From Eledone cirrhosa (Eukaryota), in contig OZ024742.1 in assembly GCA_964016885.1 (NCBI GenBank), positions 338,210,001 to 338,274,000 on the forward strand: a stretch of 64,000 nt of DNA. Direction: 5' to 3'. Shown here in pieces: positions 39,901 through 53,243 of this stretch (its first letter is position 1; every line of letters begins with the position of its first letter). The position numbers and the translations under genes were made by a program. A model generated the notes under the pieces. That model searched no databases. It was not told the origin of the DNA and saw only the letters and a list, made by a program, of their open reading frames with translations.

Positions 39901-42434
39901 AGGTTGACCATGCAGGTCACCAACTTGTGGTCTGAATAGCCAACCATGAGCATTTCTGGACAACTTAAAAAGTCCCAGTCCTTATTTCTAACTAAGAACC
40001 TATCTAGGTACGATCTAGATTGACCGCTGCGATTTGACCAAGACCAGGTTGGCACCGTCGGAAAATCTAGTCGAAATCTATCGGCCAGGTCAAATCGGCC
40101 TTGAGGCTGTTGCACCACTCTCTATCGGGACATGCCTCTGCATAGTCCCAACGTGCATCCAGGATACCATTCCAGTCCCCCACTAAAAGCAGGGAACGGG
40201 ACGTCCCTAGAAAAGACTCCAGACACTGGAAAAAGTCGGGCCGCTCTGTCCCAAAAGGGGCATATGCGGCTACCAGCCTAAAGGCTCCACCTTCACCACT
40301 GCCAAGGTCCCGCACCACCTGTCGACCCCCTGGGTCCAAGTGAACTATCTGTGTGGCGAGACCCAGATGCTTTTGCAGCAGAACCACAACCCCACCCCCA
40401 CCTCCGAGCTGACAGAGAGATGCGTGCATCTCAAAGTCATCAAAGGTGGGGGCTAGCTGTTGCATGCTGCTGATCCGGGCCTTGCAGATAACCATCACAT
40501 TTATAGATCGTGCCCTGAGGTCATTTAGAAGCATTGCTTGCTTCCAAGGTGAGCCCAGGCCACGCGCATTTAGACACCCTAATCTCAGCACAGCCATGTT
40601 GGTGGTCAGGAGAAAAGGCACTTACCTCTCTGCGTCCCGGGGAGCGGGCCGCTCAATTTCCATGAGGGTTGGGAATGGGTTGTTGGGTGGAATGGTGGTT
40701 TGTGGAAGTGTAGGGGCATCAGTGTGTTGTGGAGTTGGGGTGTTTGTGGTTGAGTGGGTGTCTGGGTAGGAGGTGTGGAAATTGTTTAGGAGGACGTGGT
40801 TGATTGGCTTGGAGCAGGGGGGGGGGGCACGTCCTCCGTGAAATTTATTTTCAACGTTTTGTATAAGTTCATTGGGACGTTAATCATTTGTAAATGAGGT
40901 AGTCCCACGGCAGTTAGAAAGTTGGGCCCTTCAGTTTGGACGAAATTGTGTTCATTAGTTCTTTGTTGTCTGTGTTCATGTATGTATATTGTAAAGTCTT
41001 TTTTGCGTAGCAGTTAGTGTTGTGTGACAAGGAGGGGTGGTTTGTATATAGCTTGTTTTCTCTTGGGGAGGGTTAATGTTAATAAGTGTCTGTGGTGCGC
41101 CTCCTCTTCTTTCTTTTTACTATTTGGAAGGGATCTTTTTCGTCTTGCGACGAAAGGGGTTCGTCTTCCTTGTTGGGTGGGAGGGGTATATTTTCTGGTA
41201 GTGTTTGCGGTGTGTTTTTGTATTTGTTTTGGGTGAGGAGGGGTTGGGTGGGACAGTGTTCTGTGTTGTTTTTTCACGTGTTTGTTGTTGTTGTGGTGGT
41301 GGTGGTGTTGGTTTTTGTTGTTGGGGTGGTTGTTTTTGTTGTTGTTGTTGGGGTGTTGGTAGCAATGTTTTTTTCGGTGTGAGCTGGGGACAGGCAGCCC
41401 TCAGGTGACCTCTATTGCCACAGAGGTAACAGGAGGGACGCCTACCCTCCACAATAATGTTGAGGTGGGTACGGTCATCCAGCATGACGCGCTCAGGGAT
41501 TTGGGCGATACGTTCTGGCCTTATTTGGGTCAGAACTTCAATGCTCGTTCCACTGAACGCGTCGCCGGATGCCTTCCCTATTGATATAAAGTTGTCCTCG
41601 TCTAAGTTGAGGAAACCAGTTAGTAACCACCAGTAGTTTATGTTTGGGGTGATGGTGGTTATCCAAATTCTTTGGGTTTTTTTACCCATGTAGGTGGGGG
41701 AAAAGGTGTAATGTGTGGAACGAATTGGCGACACAGAGTATTTTTTCGCCGCCAATTCGTCTTTCATCAATATGGATAAACTCCCATAGAGTTTATCCTT
41801 TTGTATGAAAATTATGTCTTTAATCGCCTCTTTCAGGACCAACTGAATTTCGCCAAACGATACATATTTTTTTGCTTTTTCAAGCATTTCTTTTGCATTT
41901 GTTATATCTTCAAGCACATAGGTGACTGATATTTTAGCAGTCTGTGCAAAAGATATTTTGTTTTCGTTGTTCTGTTTCTCGTAGTTTGTGTTATTTTCAT
42001 TTTTGTTGTTGTTGTCTTTCTCATTTGGTGTGTTGGTTTTGTCATTGTTAGTGTTTTTGTTGTAATTAATTGGGTTTGCACCCGTATTTAATTGTTTGTC
42101 CGGCATATCGCCTTTTACAAAGTCTTTTAAAACATTGACGCGAGAAAGCAAAACGCTTTGTACCGCTTGCTTCTTTCTCTCTTCTTCCTTAGTGAGCGTG
42201 GCGTTATCGTCCACACGTGCTGCAGACATGGCGTCAATTTTTACCATGTGAGTCAGCAAAAAATTTTTGGAGTAGTTTTTACCCCCAAAAGGGGTAAAAA
42301 TACGATAACCACCCGTCTACAGACCTAGCCGGGTGGTTAAAAGGCACGAAGACAACACAATAAAGAGACAAACACTTACTGTCAATGGGTAAAAATTCAA
42401 AAAGGCAGGAGCCGATGTTATACGCGTCTATAGT
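36908..42434 (-). mobile_element. L1-Tx1 clade LINE B, full length, frameshifted; a related but distinct subfamily
   Basis: ORF1 (about 42250-40622) has CYLCGNRGHLRAAC. ORF2 (40597-37182) has APE, RT and C...ETVAHALVHC. A (TATC)n tail lies at 36908-36944. Confidence 0.92.
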
Positions 42435-42520
42435 ATAGACGTGTACCAAACACACACACACACACATTTCCTACTCTCTCTGTTTCTCCCCCTTTCTCTA
42501 TTCATTTATATATATATATA

Positions 42521-44034
42521 CTAGCTGAGGGACCCAGCTTCACCAAGGTTAACAAATGATAAGAGAAGACTGGCAGAAGAGAAAACGTCTGTATTGAATG
42601 CATTGTCTTGTTTACAGTGTGTGTGTGTGTGTATGTTTGTGTATATATATATATATGTGTGTGTGTATATGTGTGTTCGGAGACAGGCCGCAAAACACGA
42701 TCATCACTGACAACAAACTCGCAGAGAGAATCCCTTATGGTTGATGCCCAACCTGCTAGAAATAGCAGTCAGGTTGGTTAGCATATGTGGTATGTCTTTC
42801 TTCTTTGGTGTTATAAAATTAGTATCAATAAACTTTCCTGGATATACTCTTATCCCAATCCTGTACGTACTTTCTGATTGTCACTTTCAGTTTCTTTTCG
42901 TGTGATGCGCGAAGGAACCAACCAACAAACATTTCTCTTTTATATCTCTTTTATTTGTTCATTCAAAATATTTTTCAGCTAATTCTGTCGTACAATATAC
43001 ATCAGCAATCGTTATCTAATGTTTAAAACATATGAATAGCTGCGATATATGCACCATATCAATCAAAAACGATATGAGAATTGAATACCATACTAAAGCG
43101 CCAGTAAGCTTGCTAAGAACCTGCAGATAGAAATGTGAATAAATACATTTGGCTTGGGTAAACTTTAAGATGTTCTTTCATTGTAGGTTTCTTTTCTCAG
43201 CTAGTACGTTAAAGAAAATTGCTAGTTACAACAATAAAGGTTGAACATAGAACAAATTTTTTAACAAACTTTACAATAATTTGTACAACCATAATGGAAA
43301 TTCCAAGTAACAGAAAATACATAAATTACATTGTTAGAGCCTCAAAGTATACAATATTTTTTTGTTCGGCCCTCGAGAGCAAAGATGAAGAGATTGTTTG
43401 GCGAGCTCAACCTAGAGCATCCTACATACACATGACCATGGTTTTCCCAGATGAAAGAGCCACTTTTAGGGTTTGACCCTGAGCTTTGTTGATGGTAATC
43501 GCGAAGCTTAGTCTCTCTGTTGCTCTAGTAACATTTTTTCTTCTGGAAAATCTGATCTTGCGGCCAGGCTATGACTTTTTGGGTGGCATCTCGGTAGTAG
43601 CAATGATAATAAGCCGTCTGTGCTTTCGTGAAATAAATACGTTTGTTTATATTTTGTTTTTGTGTATGCAAAAATAACTGTACACGAATATATAATTATA
43701 TATATATATTATTAAAATAACAGATTAAAGTTTAAGAAAAGAATCGCTGCTTTCACCCTTAATGGGATCTCTGAAACTAAAAAGATCAATCTGTGGACAC
43801 AAGTAAATATTTCGAAAAACGTTGTATAACCGGAAGTGTTGACATTTGAAAATTTTAAAGAAGTGAGTATTTAAATAATGTCTTTAATCTTTTAACAAAA
43901 TTCAGTAGACAAAAATACTCTCACTTTCTTACTTGGAAAAAGTTATATCTATGGTGCAAATTTGGTGCCGTTTGGTCCAGCCGTTTGGCGGAAAGTTTGT
44001 TACTTACATACGCCCGTCAGCTTTATAGTATAGA
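42521..44034 (-). mobile_element. Helitron deletion derivative with a PIF1 helicase C-terminal remnant
   Basis: 5' A|TCTATACTATAAAG; 3' hairpin plus CTAG|T. The minus strand at about 43334-43520 translates to RLSFAITINKAQGQTLK...HGHVYVGCSR...NIVYFEAL. The empty (TA)n site is at about 60945. Confidence 0.88.
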
Positions 44035-44199
44035 TATATATATATAGTGTTGTCATGTTGAAAAGAGCAGTGGCCCTTGACCCAGCAATAAAAACTGGAG
44101 ACAAAAATTCTTTCTGTAGCAAAAATAAGGTGCACACACACAAGTTTATGTGTGTGTATCTATCTATGTATACATATATAAGGGATACAGATATTATTT

Positions 44200-44313
44200 G
44201 TTAAGTGTCACCAAGCATCAATTTATTCGTTGCAATTAAATTTGTGATCGAGGTATTTTATTTTGCAAGATACTATTTTTCCCTTGAGTTTGTGATTCCA
44301 GAGAAAGGTAAGA
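44200..44313 (+). other. Putative non-coding 5' exon of the ZNF gene (paralogs at about 4563-4672 and 61525-61635)
   Basis: Donor AAAG|GTAAGA at 44308 and 4667 within a block conserved in all three units; the acceptor is uncertain. Confidence 0.4.
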
Positions 44314-44989
44314 AATTCTTCATATTTTGCATCTTTGGTATTTTGACTTTACGGTTTGAGTTGTAGAATTGTCTATCTACTCAAAATATTGCAACAGCTA
44401 ACAGTGAGATATAGAATTTAAAAAAAAAAGCTTTTTCTACTGGGATAAAGTCTTTGAGAACATTCATGTCTATTTTTCAAAAATATATAATTTGAAATAG
44501 TTTGCTTTTGTTTTGGACTGAGACTTTTTTTGTATTTAATTTGTACGAGTACTTTTTAAAGATTCTAACATAACTTGCTTTGGTCGAGTAATCTACTGAT
44601 ATCAAAATCAGTACTATATGGAAAAATGGGGGTTGGGGGCGTTTCGTGATTTCGAGGGGCAAATGGGTTGAGAACCTGTGATTTAGATCTACAAAAATTC
44701 TTATTTCTACCTATACCTTCTTTCCTTTCTTCCATTCCCATTCATGTCTACTTATTTCTATCACTAATCTGTTTTCTTTCTTGATAAAAGTGATAGTTCA
44801 TTATTTATTTTTAGTTTGTAGTTAAACATGTTACATAAAAGAACTTTTAGTTAATTTAAAGAAAATGAGAGACCATTTCGTTGGTATCCCCAGGTCAGAC
44901 TGTGTGTATATTTATTATATGTGACATATTCCTATTTCTGACTTACTATGTGTATATATTTCCAGTATCTGACTTACTATTTATTTATT

Positions 44990-47112
44990 CATCATCATCA
45001 TCATCATCGTTTAACGTCCATCTTCCACGCTTGCATGGGTTTGGACGGGAGTTTTCCCACTTGAGGCAAGATTTGTTGTCCTGCTCGTATAGTACTGTCT
45101 GGCGGGTTTTCTACAGCTGGATGCCCTTCCTAACACCAACCACGTTTACAGTGTGGACTGGGAGGTTTTTACCGTGTTACCTACACGGCCATATTACAGC
45201 GTGGACTGTGTGTGTGTTTTTTTTTTGTCGTGACGCCTACACGTCTGGCGGGTTTTCTACGGCTGGGTGCCCTTCCCAACACCAACCACGTTTACAGTGT
45301 GGACTGGGAGGTTTTTACCGTGTTACCTACACGGCCACATTACAGCGTGGACTGTGTTTTTTGTTTTGTGACACCTACACGACCTCATTTGTTTCGGTCT
45401 GGATGTTGTGGTACCAACATAACTTCACATTTAAGGGGGTGGGGGTAGTGGGACGGAGGTGTATTTTGTTAGAGGTGCCTACTTGACTGTAGGTTTCGCT
45501 TTGTACTTAGGTAAGGCGGGTCTTCTGTATTACTGTGTAGCGCCAAAGATCTCGGTCCAGTAACATTATCTTGGAGAGGTGTAAGTGTGTGAGGTCAGAA
45601 TTTATGAAGTCATCCCAGGTTTTTCTGGGTCTGCCTACTCCGTGGCTACCGTCTATTTTTATCGCCCTGCACTTTTTTATACAGCTGTCCTATTTCATGC
45701 GCATCACGTGACCGTACCAACGTAGTCTTCTCTCGAATAAACAACATCTGATCCCTCTTATTCCTAATTTCTCCCTTAGTTCGTTTATGCTTTGCCGTTC
45801 ACGTATATTACTATTACACATCCAGCGGAGAATGCAAGCTTCGTTCCTCTCCAGTCTGTGTATATCCTCTGCACACAATGCCCAGGTCTCACTGCCATGT
45901 AACATTGCTGTTCGTATGCAGGCATCATACAGCCTGCCTTTCATTTTTAGAGAGAACCCTTTAGTGGCCAATAGTGGTATAAGCTCTCTGAACTTTTTCC
46001 AACCCGTTCTGACTCTAGCTACTGTACTTTCAGAGCACCCTCCACTAATGCTGATTTTGTCACCCAGGTAACGGAAGGTGTCCACTATTTCTATAGAACC
46101 ATCTGTGCAATAGAATGAGCTAGTATTCTGTGGCCACATATAAAATCTATATTCTTAGTTAGCTTACCTGTGATCCCACTACATCTTTTATGCACCCATA
46201 CTTTGCATTTGGGACATAAAATGGAGTTTCTGCCTACTCCTTTCCTACACACTGAGCATGGCCATTTCCCAGATGGGACCGGTTCCCTATTTTCCTTCCT
46301 ACAATCTAGAACTTTAGTCTTAGACAGGTTAATTTTAAGGCCTTTTGATTCTAGGCCATGCTTCCATGTTTGGAATTTCTTCTCTAGTTCAGCCGTTGAT
46401 TCAGCTATGAGCGTTAAATCATCTGCATATAGGAGTTCCCATGGGCAGCCGGTCTTGAACTCCTCTGTTATAGCCTGAAGGGCAATAATAAATAGTAGGG
46501 GGGGCTAAGAACGGAGCCCTGATGAACACCAACTTTTACGCTAAACTCTTCACTATATTCGTTGTTAATTCTAACCTTGCTTACTCTTTCTTTATACATG
46601 GCTTGTATAGGTCTCACAAGCCATTCATCAACACCTAGTTTTCTAAGCGCACACCCGATAATGGAGCGAGAGACTCTGTCAAAGGCTTTCTCCAAGTCAA
46701 CAAAAGCTAAGTATAGGGGTTTACTTTTAGCTAGGTACTTCTCCTGTAGTTGTCGTACAATGAAAAGAGTGTCTGTGGTACTTTTACCTGACACAAACCC
46801 GAACTACATTTCAGATAGATCAATTCGTTCTCTGATTAGTTGCGATATTACTTTTTGTGTGACATTCATGACCTGGTCGATTAATTTAATGCCTCTATAG
46901 TTACTCCTATCTAGGGCATCTCCTTTGCCCTTGTAGCAGTTAATGATGATGCTGCTACGCCAGTCCTTCGGAACGGCCCCATTCTGTATGACTTGGTTTA
47001 CTATCCGGGTGACCATAGTGTGTCCCACCGTTCCAGATGCTTTCAGCATTTCAGCAACTATTTCCGAAGGCCCAGCCGCCTTACCCGTCTTCATGTCTTT
47101 GATTGCCTTACT
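44990..47112 (-). mobile_element. 5'-truncated RTE LINE, same family as 5361-8550, antisense in the ZNF copy 2 intron
   Basis: RT ORFs 46804-47094, 46468-46794 and 45690-46139; (GAT)n tail at 44990; internal duplication in the 3' UTR at 45095-45380. Confidence 0.92.
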
Positions 47113-47401
47113 TATTATACTATTATTATACTATTATTTATTATGTATATATTTCCAATATCAGTCATACTATATCAGTCATACTGTCATATATATTCCT
47201 ATATCTAATGTGAACATTGAAAATATCCCTAATATTTTATTCTCTCTTTATATATTTCAGATTCTCTGAAACGATTTCTTTACAACTGAAACATCTTCAG
47301 ACTTTCACAGAGATAACAGTTGAAGAAAATATGGTCTTGAAAATATTTTGTGAAAAATTCAAGAAGAAAAGTAATTTTCTGTTTTGTAAAGAATATTTGA
47401 A

Positions 47402-49620
47402 ATGATGGAGAAAAAAGCATACCATTGTGTTACCTGTGGTCAATCTTTCCATTCTAATTCTTCTTTACGAAGCCATAAACGTATTCACACTGGTAGAAGA
47501 CAATTCTGTGATATCTGTGGTAAAATATGTCCTAGTAATTCTTCTTTAACTATACACAAACGTAGTCACACTGGAGAAAAACCATACCAGTGTGAGATGT
47601 GTGAGAAAACCTATGATAATTCTTCTTTAACTATGCACAAACGTATTCACACTGGAGAAAAACCATACCGTTATGAAATCTGTGGTAAAACTTTCTCTAA
47701 GAGAAATATTTTATTAACTCATTCTCGTAGTCACATAGGAGAAAAACCATACCACTGTGATATCTATGGTAAAACATTTTCCGTTAAATATTATATAACT
47801 ACACACAAACGTATTCATACAGGAGAGAAACCATACCATTGTGATATTTGTGGTAAAACATTTTTTACAAAGCGTCAATTAATTGTACACAAGTATACCC
47901 ACACAGGAGAACAACCATTTGAATGCGATATTTGTGATAAAACATTTTCTAAAAAAAACACTTTAACGTACCATAAACATATTCACACTGGAGAAAAACC
48001 ATACAAATGTGGTACATGTGGTAAAAGTTTTGCACTGAGTCAGTATTTATCTAACCACAAACTTATACATACAGGAGAGAAGCCGTACTATTGTGCTACT
48101 TTCTGTAAAGCATTCTCTCGAAATAGAGAGTTATCACGACACAAACGTATTCACACAGATGAGAAGCCACACCACTGTGATATTTATGGTAAAGCCTTCA
48201 GAATTTCTGGTCATTTAACTCTACACAAACATACTCACACTGGAGAGAAACCATTTCGTTGTGATATCTGTGGTAAGTCATCCACAAATAGTTCTGATTT
48301 AGCCAAACACAAACTTGTTCATACTGGAGATAAACCATATCCTTGTGATATCTGTGGTAAAAACTTTTCTAGTAATGGTGATTTAACCGCACACAAACAT
48401 ATTCACACAGGAGAGAAGCCATTGTGATATCTGTGGTAAAACATTCACTCACTCGAGTTCTGTTTCATCTCATAAACGTATTCATACTGGACAAAGACGA
48501 TATCCTTGTAATATCTATGGTAAAATATTAACAACTGGTAATTCTTTATCTAACCACCAAACTATTCACACAGGAGAGAAGCCACACCAATGCGATATCT
48601 GTGGTAAAGCATTTTCTCAAAATAGTAATTTATTGAGGCATAAACGTCTTCACACAGGAGAAAAACCACATCACTGTGATATCTGTAGTAAGACCTTCTC
48701 TGATAGTGGTTCCTTGAAAATACACACCCGTTCTCACACAGGAGAGAAGCCATGCCGGTGTAATATCTGTGGTAAATCATTCTCTCTAAACAGTCATTTG
48801 TTGAACCATAAACGTATTCACACAGGAGAGAAACCATATCACTGTGATATCTGTGGTAAGTCATTCTCAACTATTGCTTCTTTAGCCCAACACAAAACTA
48901 TTCATAGTGGAGATAAACCATACCCTTGTGATATCTGTGGTAAATATTATTCTACTAATATTATTTTAACTAGGCACAAACTTATTCACACGGGAGAGAA
49001 GCCATATCATTGTGTTATATGTGGTAAAACGTTCTGTGACCCGAGTTCTCTCTCATCTCATAAACATACTCATACTGGACATACTAGAGAAAAACATCAT
49101 TGTAATATCTGTGGTAAAACATTCACAGCTAGTCATACTTTATCTAAACACAAAACTATTCACACAGGAGAGAAGCCACACCAATGTGATATCTGTGGTA
49201 AAGCATTTTCTCGAAGCAGTAGTTTGTGGACACTTAAGCGTCATCACACAGGAAAGAAACCGTACCATTGTGACTTCTGTCGTAAGACCTTTTCTTGTAG
49301 TAGCACTTTGATACAACTCATCCGTTCTTACACAGGAGAGAAACCATATCACTGTGATATCTGTGGTAAGTCATTCTCGTATAGTTCTTCATTAGCCAAA
49401 CACAAACCTATTCATACAGGAGATAAACCATACCCTTGTGATATCTGTGATAAAACATTCACTCACCTGAGTACTCTTTCATCTCATAAACATATTCATG
49501 CTGGACACACTAAAGGAAGACAATATCATTGTAATATCTGTGATAAATCATTCTCTCAAAATAGTCATTAAACCATAAACATATTCACAAATGTAATAAA
49601 CCTAAAAAGACACTGAACTG
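47402..49620 (+). pseudogene. C2H2-ZNF copy 2, frameshifted (could encode a truncated 341-aa product)
   Basis: Collinear with 9114-11432. It has a 5-nt deletion at about 48420, several Cys-to-Tyr changes, loss of finger 24 and a 4-nt deletion at about 49568. The acceptor ends at 47260. Confidence 0.9.
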
Positions 49621-50596
49621 AGAGGAATAAAGTCAACACACTCCAAACTCTGTCACAGACATGTTTTCATTTCTCTCTGCTTTTTCTACCACAACTCCAG
49701 TGGCCTCTGTTCCTCATAGGTGGCTACTTTTGTAACAACTCTACTGAAGTTCTCCTAACGTACTTAAGTCACATGTCACTTCCGTTATTGCCTGCCAACA
49801 CTACCTACTTACACTGCATAATCAACATCATTTTCCATTGACTGTTCTATGCTGGCATGGGTTGGATGGGACTTTTTGAGGCAATGTTTTACAGCTACCA
49901 ATCTTTCAGTCACTTCTTATGGCATGCGGGTATATGGTCTACATATTCTAAACCGGATACACTAATTTTGTCACTGTTGTGTAATGTATTTTTAATTATT
50001 TTGAATAAAAACCACCTGATCGCCTATAGATCCAGGGAGCATTCTAGTCAGATAGATTTTATCCTTACCAGAGGACGTGATAAATGAATGGTTGTAAACA
50101 CGAAAGCCTTCCCTGGTGAGGAATGTGCCTCCCAACGGCATCTAGTAGTCAGCGACCTCATTGTCAGAGAAAGAGTAAAAGGTCTGTAGATAGTGAATGG
50201 CTACATTGTTAACCTCTCACAGACTGCTACTTCGGAGTCTCTCTGGTGAACACTAAGTACTTGTATTTATAATAACCCTATAGCTAGAAGGATGTGTATA
50301 TGAGTTGATTTATGAGTAGCCATGTGTGTTTCATTTGTCAAGAACCTGGGGTCACAGGTCAAGTGGTATATATGTTTATCATAGTTGTCTCTTGACAGGA
50401 CAATGGTGGGAACTCCCAACAATAGGTGGTTTTAGAGGTGAGAACCCTCAGATTTGGTTTTGAATCTTCGCCAGGTAAAATATAGGAGTATTCCGTTACA
50501 GTCCAAATATACAGAAAAGCCAAATTGTACCAACTTTGGCAGCACTGCTTGAGTCTACCATTGTAGCCGTAGGTCAATTCTAATCCAGTAGTTTTC

Positions 50597-51055
50597 GATG
50601 GAAACCGCGGATTTGGGTGGCCCAAGAAGACCTGGGATGAGGTGATAAAAGCCAACCTTACCCAATTACACCTCTCAAAGGCGATGACACACGACCATGA
50701 CCTCTGGCATCACGCAATGATACAGAAGACTCCCCACGGATACAAGCCGAAGCTGAAGCATATAGACAATGTGCCTCCACACCCTCCCACTGCAAAGTGG
50801 TCGTGGAGATGCCATGGCAAAAAAGCACCCAGCCCACACTGTAAAGTGGACATGTAGGCGCCACGGAAAAAAAGCACCCAGCACTCATTGTAAATGAGGT
50901 TGGTGTTAGGAAGGGCATCCAGCTGTAGAAATCAAGCCAGAATCAGTTCCTGTATGAGCAAGGCATGGTCAACCGACCACCTACTGCCCACAACAGGACA
51001 ATCTGTCTAACCCATGCTAGCATGGAAGAATGGACGTAAAACGTTAATGATGATA
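50597..51055 (+). mobile_element. 5'-truncated RTE 3' end (second subfamily)
   Basis: PKKTWDEVI...DLWHH plus a 3' UTR ending GGACGTAAAACG..GATGAT; absent from the paralogous site at about 13760. Confidence 0.8.
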
Positions 51056-51539
51056 TAATCAGTTGAATGACTACATTTGTTGTTCCTCTTATACAGTGAC
51101 TCTATTTAGCTGAGAACAATACTGCACACTCTGTGATGCAGCATAGCAGTCTGGGCATGTACTTTTATCACTGTCCAGTATATTTCCTCTGCAGTTAACT
51201 ACTTATGTTGTACCCCTTATGAGACTAGAGATGCTGTCTTACATGGCTGCGTTTGTAAGGCTGCGTCTTTAGTTTGCTGTCTTTTGTAAATAGATCATGG
51301 AAACATGAAGGAAAAAGACAGTTTCATTATTTGAATACTTTTCTTATTGAAATGTAGAATATAAAATTAAGAGAAAAATACTTCAATTACTGAAAATGAA
51401 ACTTAAACTTCAGAATAATCAATAGAGTTAAAGTGTGTATGGGGTGAGGTGAAGGAAGATGTAGAGAAATAATTGAAAGATTATATTAGAAGTAAATGAT
51501 TCAATATGTCTTGCCATTAAGATTTGATAATTTGTCCAA

Positions 51540-52655
51540 GGTGGTTCAACTAGTCATGTTCCGAATAATCAACTGAGCGATGCTGCAAATGTATGTTTGC
51601 AGTTTCCTCATGTGATTCTTTCGCCACCAAAGAGTACACAGCAGTCTGTATAAGTTGGAGGTTGGCATAAGAATGGGCAATCTCGCCTACACTGTGTTGG
51701 CAATGGAGGTCATCCTGAAGGTAGCAATGTGTTGGTCAGGTACAGCAGTGCTTGGAGAGGGATTTCGAATGGATCCTCTAAAAGCCTTCATGGATGACAC
51801 TACAGTCCTTGCCACAAAGGAAGATGAAACACGTAGGGTATTGGAACAGTTGACTAAGGTAGTTGAATCTTCCAGAATGAGGTTAAAACAAAAAAAATCC
51901 CTTACAATCAAAGAAATAATGAGAGGCAAGGACTGGCTGTATAAAAATGGAATGGTCGCTAGAGGCCAGTGGAAAGATGAGGAGATGTCTAAATTTAGAG
52001 ATGAAGAAAATAGAGAATTCCAGAAGGCAGTACAGCAGAGCCAACAGGGTCTGGATGGTTTGTGGCATAAGGCATCTTTCAGAATCATTTCGAATATGAA
52101 TTTAGTTAAGTGGGGCTAATAAGATAGCTCCGAGTACACACTCTGTCAGGGTAGACAGACGGTGGTACACATTCTGAGCTCATGCAGAGTAGTACTAGCC
52201 CAAGGTAGATGCATGTGGAGACACAATTAAGTAGTTAAGGAAATCGTACGTCATAAGTACAACAAAAACAAAACCCATTGTACGAGAATCTCCAACATCA
52301 TTCTATATGGCAGGAGGCAGCAAATGAAGGCTAGGAACAGCTATGCCATACAGGGTACAAGAATCAAGTTTTCTGAATTGTACGTATGACTGGCTGGATG
52401 TGTACATCAGGCCTCCTAGGGTCAGCAAAGCAAACAGAAATCATCAGAAAGAATGGTTTGAGGCCGGATATCATATTCCATTCAAATTCATCAAAGCAGC
52501 TGATTTTGATTGAACTGACCATGTCATTTAAAAGTAGAATAGAAGAAGCACATATGTTCAAGACCGAAGGATACGCCAGTTTGGTCAACAGACTGAGAAA
52601 TGCCGACTTCCGAGTCAGCATGAGGAGGATCAAAAGCGGCCTCCATCCCGTTTGA
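51540..52655 (+). mobile_element. HERO-like retrotransposon remnant, paralog of 14230-15350
   Basis: Same LKAFMDD, zinc knuckle and LRPDI...IELT motifs. Confidence 0.75.
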
Positions 52656-53243
52656 GGGCACAGTGTTTGTTTTTTACACAGACTAAGTGAAATAACTGAG
52701 TCTTCTAGTGGTGGCGGAGGCGGTGATACTGTTGACTCTCCGCCACCATGATTACCACCGTTACTTTTCCAAAATCAAGAAAACGTTTAAACATAAATTT
52801 GAAATCAGAGAACCAGCTAGATCCTGTTAACGAAATCACAATGCGGTCTAAATACACAGTCTTCAATACCAGAAGGGTACCCAGGAGCCATGACTTGGAT
52901 GCGGTCTGGACCTTCTAGCGCTAAAGAAGTTAAGGGCAGAAACTCATGCTCGTGGGGTCTGTGAAGACCTGCCCTCCTAAGAGTTTCTTACCACCACCCA
53001 GACCCTGCCGCCGACCCCCATTTACATAATGCTCTGCCTTACATCTTCACATGTCTGACTCTCGTTTCTGGGTACACCAAACTATCCTTTTCTCCCACTA
53101 CATTATGCAATTACTCTTTCTCTCTCTCTCACTTTTCCACCCTTTCATTTCATACACGATTCTCCTTTCTTATTACTTCACACTTTCCCTCTTTCTCTTT
53201 TTTTCTCCCTCACCTTATTTACTGCGGAATTATATGTTTATTT

